This document shows positions 30,027 to 40,399 of a stretch of 64,000 nt of DNA, piece by piece. The DNA is from Candidatus Hadarchaeota archaeon. Lineage in GTDB: Archaea > Hadarchaeota > Hadarchaeia > Hadarchaeales > JAGGTB01. The position numbers and the translations under genes are program-made. The stretch spans positions 160,001-224,000 of the forward strand of contig CAYLJV010000002.1 of the NCBI GenBank assembly GCA_964384105.1, given 5' to 3'. Within the stretch, counting starts at the first letter, position 1; each line of letters starts with the position of its first letter. The notes below the pieces were generated by a model. It saw only the letters and a list, made by a program, of their open reading frames with translations, made no database searches and had not been told where the DNA came from.

Positions 30027-30931
30027 AAATTATATTTTTAGGAACAGGTGGAAGTATGCCCACCAAAGAAAGAGGACTAACCTCTATCGCAATCCGACTC
30101 AATGGAAAGGTACTTCTTTTTGACGCAGGAGAAGGCACCCAACGTCAGATGACTAGAACCAAAATTAGTCCAATGAAAATAGATAATATTTTCATAACTC
30201 ACTTTCACGGAGACCATTTTTTGGGCATACCTGGCCTGGTTCAAACGATGTCACTAATGGATCGAGAAAGAGACCTCAAAATCTATGGACCAGTAGGGAC
30301 AGAGGATAAGATTTCGATGCTTCTCCAAATACCTATCTACGATTTGAAATTCGACGTAAAGATAAAAGACCTAGAACCTAGAGAGAAGCTAAAAAAAGAA
30401 GGTTTTTCCATAGAAACTGCTGAATTGGATCACTCTATCCCCGGACTTGCCTACGCCTTGATAGAAGATGAGAGAGCTGGAAAATTTTATCCAGAAAAAG
30501 CGAAGGAACTCGGAATAGAACCGGGACCGAAATACTCTCGTCTCCAGAACGGAGAGAAAGTAAAGCTATCAGATGACCGAGTAATAAAACCTCAACAAGT
30601 AATGGGACCTCCAAGACCGGGAAGAAAAGTAGTTTATGCAGATGATACTCGTCCCTCGAAGAAAATCACAAAATTAGCGAAGAATGCCGACGTATTAATC
30701 CATGACGGGACATTCGCAGCCGATCTAAAAAAAGAGGCCAAAATAGGTGGACATTCGACAGTAGAGGATGCAGCAAAAATAGCAAAGAAAGCCAAAGCAG
30801 AGAAGTTAATATTAACTCATATTAGTCCACGATACTCAGAAGTATCCGAGTTAGAAAAACAAGCGCAAGAAATTTTTCCGAAAACTATCTTCGCTGAAGA
30901 TTTCTTGGAAGTTAATGTAGATTTAAAATAA
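30023..30931 (+). CDS. rnz: ribonuclease Z
   Basis: FLGTGGSMPTKER, FDAGEGTQRQ, THFHGDH, GP-rich exosite, LTHISPRY. Confidence 0.96.
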   Translation: MKIIFLGTGGSMPTKERGLTSIAIRLNGKVLLFDAGEGTQRQMTRTKISPMKIDNIFITHFHGDHFLGIPGLVQTMSLMDRERDLKIYGPVGTEDKISMLLQIPIYDLKFDVKIKDLEPREKLKKEGFSIETAELDHSIPGLAYALIEDERAGKFYPEKAKELGIEPGPKYSRLQNGEKVKLSDDRVIKPQQVMGPPRPGRKVVYADDTRPSKKITKLAKNADVLIHDGTFAADLKKEAKIGGHSTVEDAAKIAKKAKAEKLILTHISPRYSEVSELEKQAQEIFPKTIFAEDFLEVNVDLK

Positions 30932-31114
30932 TAGGACTCAGAAAGAGAGGTAAAATCATTACGAATCATCTAACCTCCTTTTCATCACCACCCTTCCTAT
31001 TAAGCCGTTTAGAAATTAATAATTCTTCAAACTAATGTATCAGTCGAAGAGAAAAATTAGTCTGAAAAAAAATAAAATTATAAGACTAATAGCTTTCCAT
31101 AGAAATTTGGTAAA

Positions 31115-32155
31115 ATGTCAAGCAAAAACTTACCAATCCTGGTAGATCTCCATAAAAACGTATTTTTCGACGAAGAAAAAGGAGAGGTTGCCATATTAGA
31201 TAGGAGAAAAATCCCGCAAGAAATTAGTGAATATCGGTGTAAAAATTATAACGAAGTCGCAAGAGCTATAGAGAAAATGGTCACCCAAAGTCTCGGTGTT
31301 TCACCTGCAGCCGGATATGGAATGGCAATTGCTGCATATGAAGCCCGCGACAAAAGAAAAGAAAAGAAAAAAGAAATAATTTCAAATGCGGCAAAAAGAA
31401 TAAAGAATACTCGACCTACTCAAACCTCTCTACATTATCTAACAAATGAAATTTTATCTATTGCCGAAGAAACTATAGAAAATAATGGACCGCTCTTCGA
31501 CAAAATATTAGAGAAGGCTTATAACTGGACAGAACGTATAATGGAAACTTCTAGAACTCTGGGAAAATACGCTTCACAAATCATAGAAGACGGAGATACA
31601 ATACTGACACATTGCTATGGAGGACCGGCTATCTATTTTATGGGGGACTATGCCCGAAAGGAAAATAAAGTTATCAACTATTTTGCAACAGAAACGAGAC
31701 CATATCTTCAAGGGGCCCGGCTAACTTCTTTCGCGCTAAAGCAAGGGGGATTCGATGTAACCATAATAACGGATGGCATGCCAGCTTACTGCCTTCAAAA
31801 TGGCCTTATCGATAAGTTCATAACAGGAGCAGATAGAATCTCGATGGATGGTGGAGTAGCAAATAAAATAGGAACTTATCAGATCGCAATAGCATCAGAT
31901 AGACACAAAGTACCATTCTACGCTATCTCATATACCGGACCAGACCAGGAAACTTCAACTTATAAAGACATAGAAATAGAAGAAAGAGATCCAGAAGAGA
32001 TAACTAGCCTAAAAAATATAAGAATAGCCCCCGAAGGTGTGAAAGCTTTCTATCCTGCTTTTGATTGTACCCCTCCTGAACTCGTGAGAGGAATAATCAC
32101 CGAAAAGGGGATATACGGACCAGAAAAAATTTCGGATTACTTCAAGGAGAAATAG
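31115..32155 (+). CDS. methylthioribose-1-phosphate isomerase-like (eIF2B family), divergent
   Basis: TRPT, LTHC, ETRPYLQGARLT, GADRI, ANKIGTY, PAFD. Confidence 0.8.
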   Translation: MSSKNLPILVDLHKNVFFDEEKGEVAILDRRKIPQEISEYRCKNYNEVARAIEKMVTQSLGVSPAAGYGMAIAAYEARDKRKEKKKEIISNAAKRIKNTRPTQTSLHYLTNEILSIAEETIENNGPLFDKILEKAYNWTERIMETSRTLGKYASQIIEDGDTILTHCYGGPAIYFMGDYARKENKVINYFATETRPYLQGARLTSFALKQGGFDVTIITDGMPAYCLQNGLIDKFITGADRISMDGGVANKIGTYQIAIASDRHKVPFYAISYTGPDQETSTYKDIEIEERDPEEITSLKNIRIAPEGVKAFYPAFDCTPPELVRGIITEKGIYGPEKISDYFKEK

Positions 32156-32165
32156 ACGAAAAAAT

Positions 32166-32546
32166 TTACCTTTTTTCTTTCGCCGGAGCAAGAAAATCTA
32201 TCAAATCCTCGGTATTATCTGTCTTTATAGTCACTTCTATAGGACCCAAAAGTGTTTCATCATCAGAAAAATTTACCTTACTCACAGTAGCAACCTGTTT
32301 GTTGAGGTATAACTTAATTTCTCCATCCCCGCATCCACTCTTAATTACCCTCCTAGCCGAATCTCTAATGGACTGAATCCCTAGGAGATTTCTGAATCTC
32401 TCAAAAGAGGATAAATCAGATGATCCCCCTCTCACCGAATCAGAAGTCAAGTTGAAATTAATTTCTGGAAAGATATTTTTAACCGCGTCCAGAACCTTAT
32501 CTGGATCCTCGCTAGGATAAATATCTGCCTCTACTTCAACTTTCAT
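32166..32546 (-). CDS. UPF0201 (DUF54) RNA-binding protein
   Basis: IYPSEDPDKV..AVKNIFP, IRDSAR, LNKQVA. Confidence 0.9.
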   Translation of the reverse strand: MKVEVEADIYPSEDPDKVLDAVKNIFPEINFNLTSDSVRGGSSDLSSFERFRNLLGIQSIRDSARRVIKSGCGDGEIKLYLNKQVATVSKVNFSDDETLLGPIEVTIKTDNTEDLIDFLAPAKEKR

Positions 32547-33108
32547 ACCTATTCTTTATCTCCTGAAATATCTCGATAGTTTTTTCTCTCAAACCTTCCA
32601 GAGACCCCTCATTCCTTATAACATAGTCCGCTGACTCGGTCGCGGTCTCTAAACCCCACCCCATCTCCCTAGAATCTTTCTCCTCAAAAGAATCAAAATC
32701 CATTGTATCGTCCTCCCTTTTTCTTTCCTTTATTCTTTCGTACCTCGTCCTTTTCGATGACTCTACAGATAGAAGGATAAAATCTCTTCCGAATTCATTA
32801 GTAAATTCTTTAACTTCAGCTATACCTCTTATACCATCTACCACAACTACGTCTTTTTCTCTCCCTTTTTTCCTGATTATCGGGACACATCTCTTGGCTA
32901 CAGCCGCCATTCCATTCTCTTCTCTCAGATTCTCAGCAACCTTTGCCACATTCTTATCGGTAACCTTAAGATTCCTATTCCTCACTTCTTCCCAAACTAC
33001 ATCACCCATTCTAACTCTAGCCGCCCCAAGATCAACCATCTTTGAAGCAACCTCGGTCTTTCCAGAAGCCTGAGGACCGACTATTCCAATTACGGAGAAG
33101 TTGTTCAT
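32536..33108 (-). CDS. UPF0200 P-loop kinase (dephospho-CoA kinase-like)
   Basis: GPQASGKT, MGDVV, VVDGIR, RYERIKERKREDD. Confidence 0.88.
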   Translation of the reverse strand: MNNFSVIGIVGPQASGKTEVASKMVDLGAARVRMGDVVWEEVRNRNLKVTDKNVAKVAENLREENGMAAVAKRCVPIIRKKGREKDVVVVDGIRGIAEVKEFTNEFGRDFILLSVESSKRTRYERIKERKREDDTMDFDSFEEKDSREMGWGLETATESADYVIRNEGSLEGLREKTIEIFQEIKNRYES

Positions 33109-33341
33109 TCAAAATCGACCACTATAAGAGTCGTGGTTCTAGTAACTCCCTCTACCCCCCTAATGTTGCCAAAAATAGTTCCAGTAAGCTTCTCAAGAGA
33201 ATCTGATTCTATTCTAGCCACTAAATCATAAGGACCTGCCACAGTCTCTAAGGAATTTACCCCACTTAGAGCACTAACTTCCTTGAAAACTTCTGAAAGC
33301 TTTCCTGGTTCAACTGAAATCAAACTGTAACCGCTCACCAA
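33105..33341 (-). CDS. stand-alone Lrp/AsnC ligand-binding (RAM) domain
   Basis: VAGPYDLV...IRGVEGVTRTTTLI. Confidence 0.88.
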   Translation of the reverse strand: MVSGYSLISVEPGKLSEVFKEVSALSGVNSLETVAGPYDLVARIESDSLEKLTGTIFGNIRGVEGVTRTTTLIVVDFE

Positions 33342-33639
33342 TAGTGCTCACACCTCCGTCAGATAATCCTCCACTTTTCTTTTAAAAAATACCCATAACT
33401 ATAAATCTTTAACTAAAAATACTACGAGAATCTCATTCTTCTCAGCTTATAGAACAGATTCAAGCCTTCACGTAATAAAAGAAAAATTCGTGTTAATAAG
33501 AAAAACCAACAAAACAAAAATTCTTATAAAAACCCTCGAAAAATATCCTTCGAGGTAGATTAACCGAAATTTATTAATGGTTAATAAAAAGAATCGTTTG
33601 AATACAATTATTAAGATAACAGGTTTATAGGTAATACCA

Positions 33640-35067
33640 ATGGGTGAAACTGTCTCTGAAGGAAAAGAGAAATCCGAAGCAGAAAGGATGGCCCAAATAA
33701 TAGATAAAGGCCTAGGTAACCCCGTCTCAAGAAAAATACTAAATTTCATCGCCAAAAGGAAAAACGGAGAAAGAAGAGCGGAAAAAATCCTTAAAGCTTA
33801 CGCAGGAATGGAAGTAGATCTTTCTCTGGGTGACAAGTTTGCTAGTTTTTTAGTATCCAGGCTTTTAGACAGCTTCGCTAATGGAACAGACATAACCAAA
33901 GAAGGAATAAAAAGCAACCTACGAGATGGATATTGGAGAAAGGGATTGGCTTCTACTCTAGAAGGGCTTGCTTGGAGAGGACCTGAAAAACCCTTCGTAT
34001 CCTACGCTCCTTTCCTAGTAGTCTGGAACTTCACGAATGCATGCAATCTTGACTGCAGACACTGCTACCAGAGTGCAGATAAACCAACACCGGACGAACT
34101 GACAACTGAAGAAGCTAAAAGAGCGGTCGACGAAATGGCCAAAGCAGGAGTAGGTTACATAGCATTCTCTGGGGGTGAACCACTCTTTAGAAAGGACTTC
34201 TTTGAAATCGCAGAATATGTTAGAGAACAAGAAATGGGGCTAGCTGTAGCCACGAATGGAACAACTCTATCCAAGAAGAATGTGAGTAGGCTAGAGGACC
34301 TCGATTGCCTTTATTTCCAAATATCGCTCGATGGAAAAGAAGAAACTCACAATAAGATGAGAGGCCCAAACGCATACGAAAGAACTATCGAAGGAATAAA
34401 AAATGCCGTTGAATCGAACATTACAGTAGGAATTGCAATGACCGTGATAAGCGAGAATTTCGACGAGGTAGATGACGTTATTAACTTAACTGAGGAGATT
34501 GGCGCAGACATCTTCATGCATTATAACTTCATTCCAACCGGTAGAGGAGAAGATATAGCGGAACTTGATATCACACCAGAACAAAGAGAGGAACTTTTGA
34601 TGAAATTAGCTTCAGAATCCCGAAAAAGAGACATAAATATGCTTTCCACCGCCCCTCAGTATGGAAGAGTCGCTGCAAGAGGAGGTACACTCTCTTTAAC
34701 TCATTTTGACGTCGCCAGCCAGAAGGGAATGGGTGAAGAAATAGAATTCCTAGCAGATTTTGTAGGTGGGTGTGGCTGCGGGAGGCTTTACTGGGCCCTG
34801 CAACCAAATGGGGACTTAACCCCCTGTGTATTCTTCCCAAAGACTATTGGAAACATTAAAAAAGATTCATTTTTGGATATATGGCAAAATTCTCCCACCA
34901 TGGAGAGCGCAAGAAATAGAGAGAAGTTTATAGGAAATTGCAGAAACTGCGACTCAAGGAATATTTGTGGAGGATGCAGAGCAAGAGCTTACTCATATTT
35001 CAATGACATAAGAGAAGATGATCCAGGTTGTATTCTGAATAAGGATAGATGGGATGAAATAATCTAA
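33640..35067 (+). CDS. radical SAM/SPASM domain protein with N-terminal extension
   Basis: PFLVVWNFTNACNLDCRHCY, FSGGEP, GCGCGR, CRNC..RNICGGCRARA, DDPGC. Confidence 0.9.
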   Translation: MGETVSEGKEKSEAERMAQIIDKGLGNPVSRKILNFIAKRKNGERRAEKILKAYAGMEVDLSLGDKFASFLVSRLLDSFANGTDITKEGIKSNLRDGYWRKGLASTLEGLAWRGPEKPFVSYAPFLVVWNFTNACNLDCRHCYQSADKPTPDELTTEEAKRAVDEMAKAGVGYIAFSGGEPLFRKDFFEIAEYVREQEMGLAVATNGTTLSKKNVSRLEDLDCLYFQISLDGKEETHNKMRGPNAYERTIEGIKNAVESNITVGIAMTVISENFDEVDDVINLTEEIGADIFMHYNFIPTGRGEDIAELDITPEQREELLMKLASESRKRDINMLSTAPQYGRVAARGGTLSLTHFDVASQKGMGEEIEFLADFVGGCGCGRLYWALQPNGDLTPCVFFPKTIGNIKKDSFLDIWQNSPTMESARNREKFIGNCRNCDSRNICGGCRARAYSYFNDIREDDPGCILNKDRWDEII

Positions 35068-35129
35068 AGTTAACCTATTCAATTGTCAATAACATCCTCC
35101 AACATTAGTTAGATTAATAGTAATCATAG

Positions 35130-35142
35130 CACATACTATGTG
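35130..35142. promoter_or_regulatory. palindrome upstream of met genes (possible operator)
   Basis: CACATA-C-TATGTG perfect 6-bp arms, 7 bp before ATG 35150. Confidence 0.3.
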
Positions 35143-35149
35143 ACCATAT

Positions 35150-35323
35150 ATGAGCAATAGGAAGGTTATTTTTAGTAAGAAAACTTTGCATGCGGGACAA
35201 AAGGCCAATTTATCCACAACAGCTATTAAAAGTCCACAAAGAGAAGATGAAGCTCAAAATATCCCTATAAACTGTCCTATAGACGAACAAATGAAAGAGA
35301 ATCTCGATTTAAGAGGTGTATAA
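35150..35323 (+). pseudogene. probable 5' remnant of O-acetylhomoserine sulfhydrylase (MetY/MetB family)
   Basis: 57-aa ORF MSNRKVIFSKKTLHAGQKANLSTTAIKSP...; LHAGQ matches the family N-terminus; sits directly before metX. Confidence 0.5.
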
Positions 35324-35325
35324 AA

Positions 35326-36834
35326 ATGCAAGGAGAATCCGTCGGGCTTGTAGAAACAAAGAAGTATACATACCCTGAAAAAATAGAACTCGAATCAGGA
35401 AAGAAATTTGGTCCCGTAGATATAGCATATGAGACGTACGGGGAACTAAATGAGGACAAAAGTAACGCCATTTTAATATGCCACGCGCTCTCCGGAGACG
35501 CTCATGCAGCTGGATGGCATAAAGGCGACGAAAAATCCGGTTGGTGGGACAATATGATCGGACCAGGAAAAACTTTCGATACTGACCGTTACTTCGTTAT
35601 CTGCTCAAATGTATTAGGAGGTTGCAAAGGAACAACTGGACCACCCTCTATAAATCCCGAAACCGGCAAACCCTACGGACTAGACTTTCCCATAGTCACG
35701 ATACCCGATATAGTCAAGGTTCAAAAGAAGCTAGTTGAACATCTAGGTATAAAAAAATTATTGGCCGTAACAGGAGGCTCCATGGGTGGGATGCAGGCTC
35801 TACAATGGCCAATCTCATATCCTGATTCGGTCAGGTTTTCCATTCCAATTGCCACTACCGCCAGGTCTTCACCCCAGCAGATCGCATTCAATGAAGTACG
35901 CAGGCGTGCAGTAATGTCAGACCCTAAGTGGAACAATGGAGATTACTATAATAATGAATCGCCAAAAGATGGGCTCTCGTTAGCCCGGATGATCGGTCAC
36001 ATCACCTTTCTCAGCGAAGAAGCAATGAGAAGAAAGTTCGGAAGAAAACTTCAAAACAAGAAAAGATACAGCTTCGACTTTTCTACAGATTTCGAAGTAG
36101 AAAGCTATCTCCACTATAAGGGGGATAAATTTGTAGAACGATTTGACGCGAATTCTTACCTTTATATAACTCGCGCAATAGACTACTTCGACTTAACAAA
36201 CGGAGGACAGATGTCTCTCAAAGATTCTTTCGAAAATGTAAAATCCAAATTCCTAGTGATATCAATCTCTTCCGATTGGCTTTATCCACCCTATCAATCC
36301 AAAGAGATAGTGCGAGCCCTAGAAGCAAACAGCGTAGAAGTGACATACTCGGAAATAAAATCCAGTTATGGACATGACGCCTTCCTACTCGAACCCGGTC
36401 AATTAAATCATATTATCCTAGATTTCCTCTCACAAATCACGGTTAAAGACATACAGATAGACGTTCCGATAATAATGAAAGATACCTCGATAAAGGTAGC
36501 CTCGGACATTATGAAAAAAAGTGAATATACTCATCTCCCAGTTTCTACGAAAAATGGAAAGTTAGTAGGGATAATAACCGCTTGGGATATCGTTAAAGCT
36601 GTCGCCGAGGATTTAGATTCTTTAGAAGATATTATGACAAAGAAAGTCGTTACCGCCCACCCAACCGAATCAATACCGAGCGTTACTCAAAAAATGAAAA
36701 GATACAATATTTCGGCCCTCCCCGTCACAGACGAAAGCAACAAAATTTTGGGAATAGTGACAAGTGATACCATAAGCCAACTGGTTGGTCGAGAAAGAAA
36801 CTTTACAAGTTCCCTAAATTCTGGAGAAGAATAA
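35326..36834 (+). CDS. metX: homoserine O-acetyltransferase with C-terminal CBS pair
   Basis: [36 protein letters not shown]; CBS repeats at C-terminus. Confidence 0.95.
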   Translation: MQGESVGLVETKKYTYPEKIELESGKKFGPVDIAYETYGELNEDKSNAILICHALSGDAHAAGWHKGDEKSGWWDNMIGPGKTFDTDRYFVICSNVLGGCKGTTGPPSINPETGKPYGLDFPIVTIPDIVKVQKKLVEHLGIKKLLAVTGGSMGGMQALQWPISYPDSVRFSIPIATTARSSPQQIAFNEVRRRAVMSDPKWNNGDYYNNESPKDGLSLARMIGHITFLSEEAMRRKFGRKLQNKKRYSFDFSTDFEVESYLHYKGDKFVERFDANSYLYITRAIDYFDLTNGGQMSLKDSFENVKSKFLVISISSDWLYPPYQSKEIVRALEANSVEVTYSEIKSSYGHDAFLLEPGQLNHIILDFLSQITVKDIQIDVPIIMKDTSIKVASDIMKKSEYTHLPVSTKNGKLVGIITAWDIVKAVAEDLDSLEDIMTKKVVTAHPTESIPSVTQKMKRYNISALPVTDESNKILGIVTSDTISQLVGRERNFTSSLNSGEE

Positions 36835-36863
36835 AAAACTCCATAAATAAAGAAATTGAGCAA

Positions 36864-37673
36864 ATGTCTAAAAATAATTTGAGTTTAGGTCTAATCCAAA
36901 TAAGCAGCGAACAGAACAAAGAAAGGAATTTAGAAAAATTAGACCGATTCCTATGTGAAATAGAGGAACTCCCTGATATCTTAATTCTGCCAGAGTATTT
37001 CGGAGGATTAGAAAAAGGAGAACCTCAAAAAAATTTGGTAAAGAAAAATGCCATTTCCATAGAATCCGACTTCATAAACAAAGTTAGAGAAAAAATAAGA
37101 AAACTGAATACCGCCCTAATTTTCACCATATATAGGAAAGGCAATGGCAAATACTTCAACTCGGCAATTTTCCTAGACGAGAGTGGAGAGATAAAGGGAG
37201 TTTACGATAAAATCCACCTTTTTGACGCTTTAGGACATAGGGAATCGGAAATTTTTGAAAAAGGTAAAAATGTCGTCACGGTGGACTGGAAAGGACATAA
37301 GATCGGAATAGCAATATGCTTCGATCTTAGATTCCCAGAACTTTTCAGAATTCTAAGAAATATGGAAGCGGAGATAGTTATTATTCCAAGCGGATGGTAT
37401 TCAGGGCCCCACAAAAAAGAACAGTGGAAAACCCTGATTAGAGCAAGAGCACATGAGAACAATTTTTTCGTGGTCGGCGTAGATCAACCTAAACCTCATT
37501 TCGTAGGAAATAGCATGGTAGCATCTCCCCTTGGATACGAAGTATTCAGTTTGGGAGAAGACGAGGAAATTGAAACAGCTAGAATAGATATTAAAGAGAT
37601 ACAAGAATCAAAAAAGAAACTACCACTTAACGATCTTGAAAGAGATGAAATCTACAATAAATACGCAAAATAA
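36864..37673 (+). CDS. carbon-nitrogen hydrolase (nitrilase superfamily, Nit1-like)
   Basis: LPEY, YDKIHLFD, ICFDLRFPE, ARAHEN. Confidence 0.92.
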   Translation: MSKNNLSLGLIQISSEQNKERNLEKLDRFLCEIEELPDILILPEYFGGLEKGEPQKNLVKKNAISIESDFINKVREKIRKLNTALIFTIYRKGNGKYFNSAIFLDESGEIKGVYDKIHLFDALGHRESEIFEKGKNVVTVDWKGHKIGIAICFDLRFPELFRILRNMEAEIVIIPSGWYSGPHKKEQWKTLIRARAHENNFFVVGVDQPKPHFVGNSMVASPLGYEVFSLGEDEEIETARIDIKEIQESKKKLPLNDLERDEIYNKYAK

Positions 37674-37677
37674 TAAA

Positions 37678-38862
37678 TCACTCATTTACAGGTAAATCGT
37701 ATTTTTTTGCTATATCCTTGAAGGACTCAGACAAATGTTCAATCTGGTTCCAAGTAAGACCGTACGTATTCAATTTCCATCGCCTCGTCGCACCAGCGAA
37801 TATACCGATTATACCCCTTTCCTTCAATTCCTCGTAAAGAAAATAACCTCTCCTTTTGTGGTCCTTAGCAACTCTATCAAAACTCTCGGTAGTATCCACC
37901 TTTACAAGAGTGTGATTCCTCGGCATCTCGCTTAGAATTTTATTTCCCTCTATTTTCAGAAACTCTTTCAAAAAATAACTAGCCTTATCCAATTCCTCCT
38001 CCCATCTCTTGACCCTCTTCTTCACATGAGGAAAACTAGCCATCATTGCAATTATATTAGACCCCATCAAAGTACAACCCAACATCTCTACTTCCTTCAC
38101 ACCAAATGTTCTACCGGAGACATCCCCCTTGGCATCAGTAGACCTAAAAACTTCATCCGTCCACCTGTCCGTAGTCGCCAATATTCCTGAAGGAGCTGGA
38201 GATGCGAAGCTTTTATGACCAGAACCAACTAGAAAGTCGACTCCTAGATTTTTCCCGTCCACAGGTGCTACCCCCACAGAATATGCCCCATTACAGAGAA
38301 CAGGAATATCGTAGTCCTTTGCTACCTCCGCTATCTGTCTAACTTCGTGTTTATTCGCAAAACTATAGTCAAAGTGATCAATAATAATCAACTTAGGACG
38401 TTTTTTCTCTTCTCTCTCAACTTTCTCTATCTTCTCTTCAGCAGCTTTTCCTGTAACAATATTATCCTCATTCGAAGGTATCTCCCTTAACACACCACCT
38501 GCCTGCTCAACAGCCAAAAACTCGGTATAATGAGCCAAGTCCGAAACCAAAACCACGTCGTTCTTTTCAACAAGTGTGGAAGCGACAGCTTGAAAACCTC
38601 TTCTGGCCCCCGGAACAACCCTAACTTCATCCATCCCCAAGAAATCTGCAAGGTTAAAGTGAAACTCCTGAATAGGAGGTCTTTCTATTTTATCCAATCT
38701 CCAAGGACTCATACACCAGTCACATGTGGAGTATCCATCACCGTAAGAGATCATAGCCTTCATGGCTTCAGGAGTCAATCTGCCAGCTGCTTGAATAGGT
38801 TGAACGTTTATGAATAGCTCATCTCGAGCCCGGGTCTCTATATCTCCTCCCCTGATATCCAT
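37678..38862 (-). CDS. pscS: O-phosphoseryl-tRNA:Cys-tRNA synthase (SepCysS)
   Basis: NVQPIQAAGRLT, GDGYSTCDWC, GARRG, GSGHKS (PLP Lys), EMLGCT. Confidence 0.94.
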   Translation of the reverse strand: MDIRGGDIETRARDELFINVQPIQAAGRLTPEAMKAMISYGDGYSTCDWCMSPWRLDKIERPPIQEFHFNLADFLGMDEVRVVPGARRGFQAVASTLVEKNDVVLVSDLAHYTEFLAVEQAGGVLREIPSNEDNIVTGKAAEEKIEKVEREEKKRPKLIIIDHFDYSFANKHEVRQIAEVAKDYDIPVLCNGAYSVGVAPVDGKNLGVDFLVGSGHKSFASPAPSGILATTDRWTDEVFRSTDAKGDVSGRTFGVKEVEMLGCTLMGSNIIAMMASFPHVKKRVKRWEEELDKASYFLKEFLKIEGNKILSEMPRNHTLVKVDTTESFDRVAKDHKRRGYFLYEELKERGIIGIFAGATRRWKLNTYGLTWNQIEHLSESFKDIAKKYDLPVNE

Positions 38863-39038
38863 TAAATCTCACTCCTTATTCCCTCTAGATTCTTCTCGAC
38901 TCTATTCAAAATCTCTATAGCCTTACCTTTCCTCTCGCCTTCCAGATCATGATCAGGAGCTGTTTCCCTGAAGAGCTGTCTCAAATCGGTTAGCTCGTAG
39001 AGGGAATCAAATAACTTTTCAACTGCTTTCTTACTCAT
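38862..39038 (-). CDS. 58-aa SepCysE N-terminal-like peptide (SepCysSn-type), not in ORF track
   Basis: MSKKAVEKLFDSLYELTDLRQLFRETAPDHDLEGERKGKAIEILNRVEKNLEGIRSEI; TAATG coupling to pscS; APxHxL motif recalled from SepCysE. Confidence 0.75.
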   Translation of the reverse strand: MSKKAVEKLFDSLYELTDLRQLFRETAPDHDLEGERKGKAIEILNRVEKNLEGIRSEI

Positions 39039-39115
39039 CTCTGTTACCTCTTTTACCTAGCATTTTATTTCTTACTAATTTATCTAAAACGAGATAATTT
39101 AATTAAGTCAAACTT

Positions 39116-39132
39116 GTTAAGTAATACTTAAC
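39116..39132. promoter_or_regulatory. DtxR/MntR-type operator palindrome
   Basis: GTTAAGTA-A-TACTTAAC perfect 8-bp arms 4 bp before the regulator ATG. Confidence 0.65.
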
Positions 39133-39136
39133 GAAA

Positions 39137-39610
39137 ATGTCGAAGACGATCACTCAAAGAGATAGAGAGTATATAAAAAAGATATATTTGCTAGGCGGTA
39201 AAGAGATCCCTACATCTCCTTCAGAACTAGCACGGGAAATGAACGTCAGCAAAGTCGGAGCACTAGATAAAATGAGAAGATTAGAAGAGCTCGGCTTCGC
39301 AGAGTATATCAAAAACAAAGGAATTCTTCTCAACAGCAAAGGGATCAAAGAAATCGAAGAAGGAGCAAAAAGACACCACTTAGTGGAAAAATTTCTTCGA
39401 GAATCCCTAGACATTGATCAAGAAGAGGCCTGTGTAGAATCCACAAAAATAGCATTCCGACTTAGTAATAGAACAATAGAAAAGATCTCCTCTCAGTTAG
39501 ACCCTGGAACTACATGTAGATGTGGTTTCCGCATAGGGAAATACACAGAACTGAGAGATCTGAAAAATTGCCCCTGGTTAAACAACGAAAAAATACTAGA
39601 AGAGAGGTGA
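39137..39610 (+). CDS. DtxR/MntR-family metal-dependent regulator
   Basis: EYIKKIYLL, ELAREMNVSK wHTH, KRHHLVEKFL; C-terminal CRCG...CPW. Confidence 0.88.
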   Translation: MSKTITQRDREYIKKIYLLGGKEIPTSPSELAREMNVSKVGALDKMRRLEELGFAEYIKNKGILLNSKGIKEIEEGAKRHHLVEKFLRESLDIDQEEACVESTKIAFRLSNRTIEKISSQLDPGTTCRCGFRIGKYTELRDLKNCPWLNNEKILEER

Positions 39611-39616
39611 TACCCA

Positions 39617-40399
39617 GTGAAAGCTATAGAACTAGATAACATTCACGTAAAACTAGGAGAAACTCAAGTACTAAAAGAAGTAACTGTCTCGATAGAAAAA
39701 GGGGAATTCTTAGGTATAATCGGTCCAAATGGTGGCGGAAAAACTACTCTGTTGAAAGTAATTCTGGGAATAATAGAACCTGACGAAGGCGAAGTTAAAA
39801 TATTCGGAAAACCTCCAAACGAAAATGGGGGACTAATAGGTTACGTCCCACAATATTCAAACTTCGACTTGCAGTTTCCTATGACAGTCAAAGACGTAGT
39901 AATGATGGGAAGAGTAGGAAAGCTCGGGTGGAACCCCTTCTATTCAAAAGAAGATGAGAAAATAGCCCAAAAATCTTTAGAAGAAGTCGATATGCTGAAC
40001 CAACAGAATAAGCAAATCTCAGAACTTTCAGGGGGCCAGCATCAGAGAATGCTACTGGCGAGAGCCTTAGCCACTAATCCAGAAATTCTGGTGCTTGACG
40101 AACCGACGGCAAGCGTGGACGAGAAAAGGAAAAATAACATCTACGAATTACTCAAAAAATTCAATGAAAAATTAGAAAAGACTATTATAATAGCAACCCA
40201 CGACATCGGTATAATCTCCTCACATGTAAAAAGTATAGCCTGCCTAAACAGATACCTAGTTTTTCACGGTGAAGATGAAATTACTCCCGGTGTGATAGAA
40301 GAAACTTATGGCTGTCCAGTAGATCTAATTGCCCACGGCCAGCCACATAGAGTTTTTGAAAAAAAGATGCCATTGGAGGAAGAAGAGCAGGATGCTTGA
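39617..40399 (+). CDS. Zn/Mn ABC transporter ATPase (ZnuC-like)
   Basis: GPNGGGKTT, GYVPQ, LSGGQHQR, LDEPT, YGCPVDLIAHG. Confidence 0.93.
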   Translation: MKAIELDNIHVKLGETQVLKEVTVSIEKGEFLGIIGPNGGGKTTLLKVILGIIEPDEGEVKIFGKPPNENGGLIGYVPQYSNFDLQFPMTVKDVVMMGRVGKLGWNPFYSKEDEKIAQKSLEEVDMLNQQNKQISELSGGQHQRMLLARALATNPEILVLDEPTASVDEKRKNNIYELLKKFNEKLEKTIIIATHDIGIISSHVKSIACLNRYLVFHGEDEITPGVIEETYGCPVDLIAHGQPHRVFEKKMPLEEEEQDA

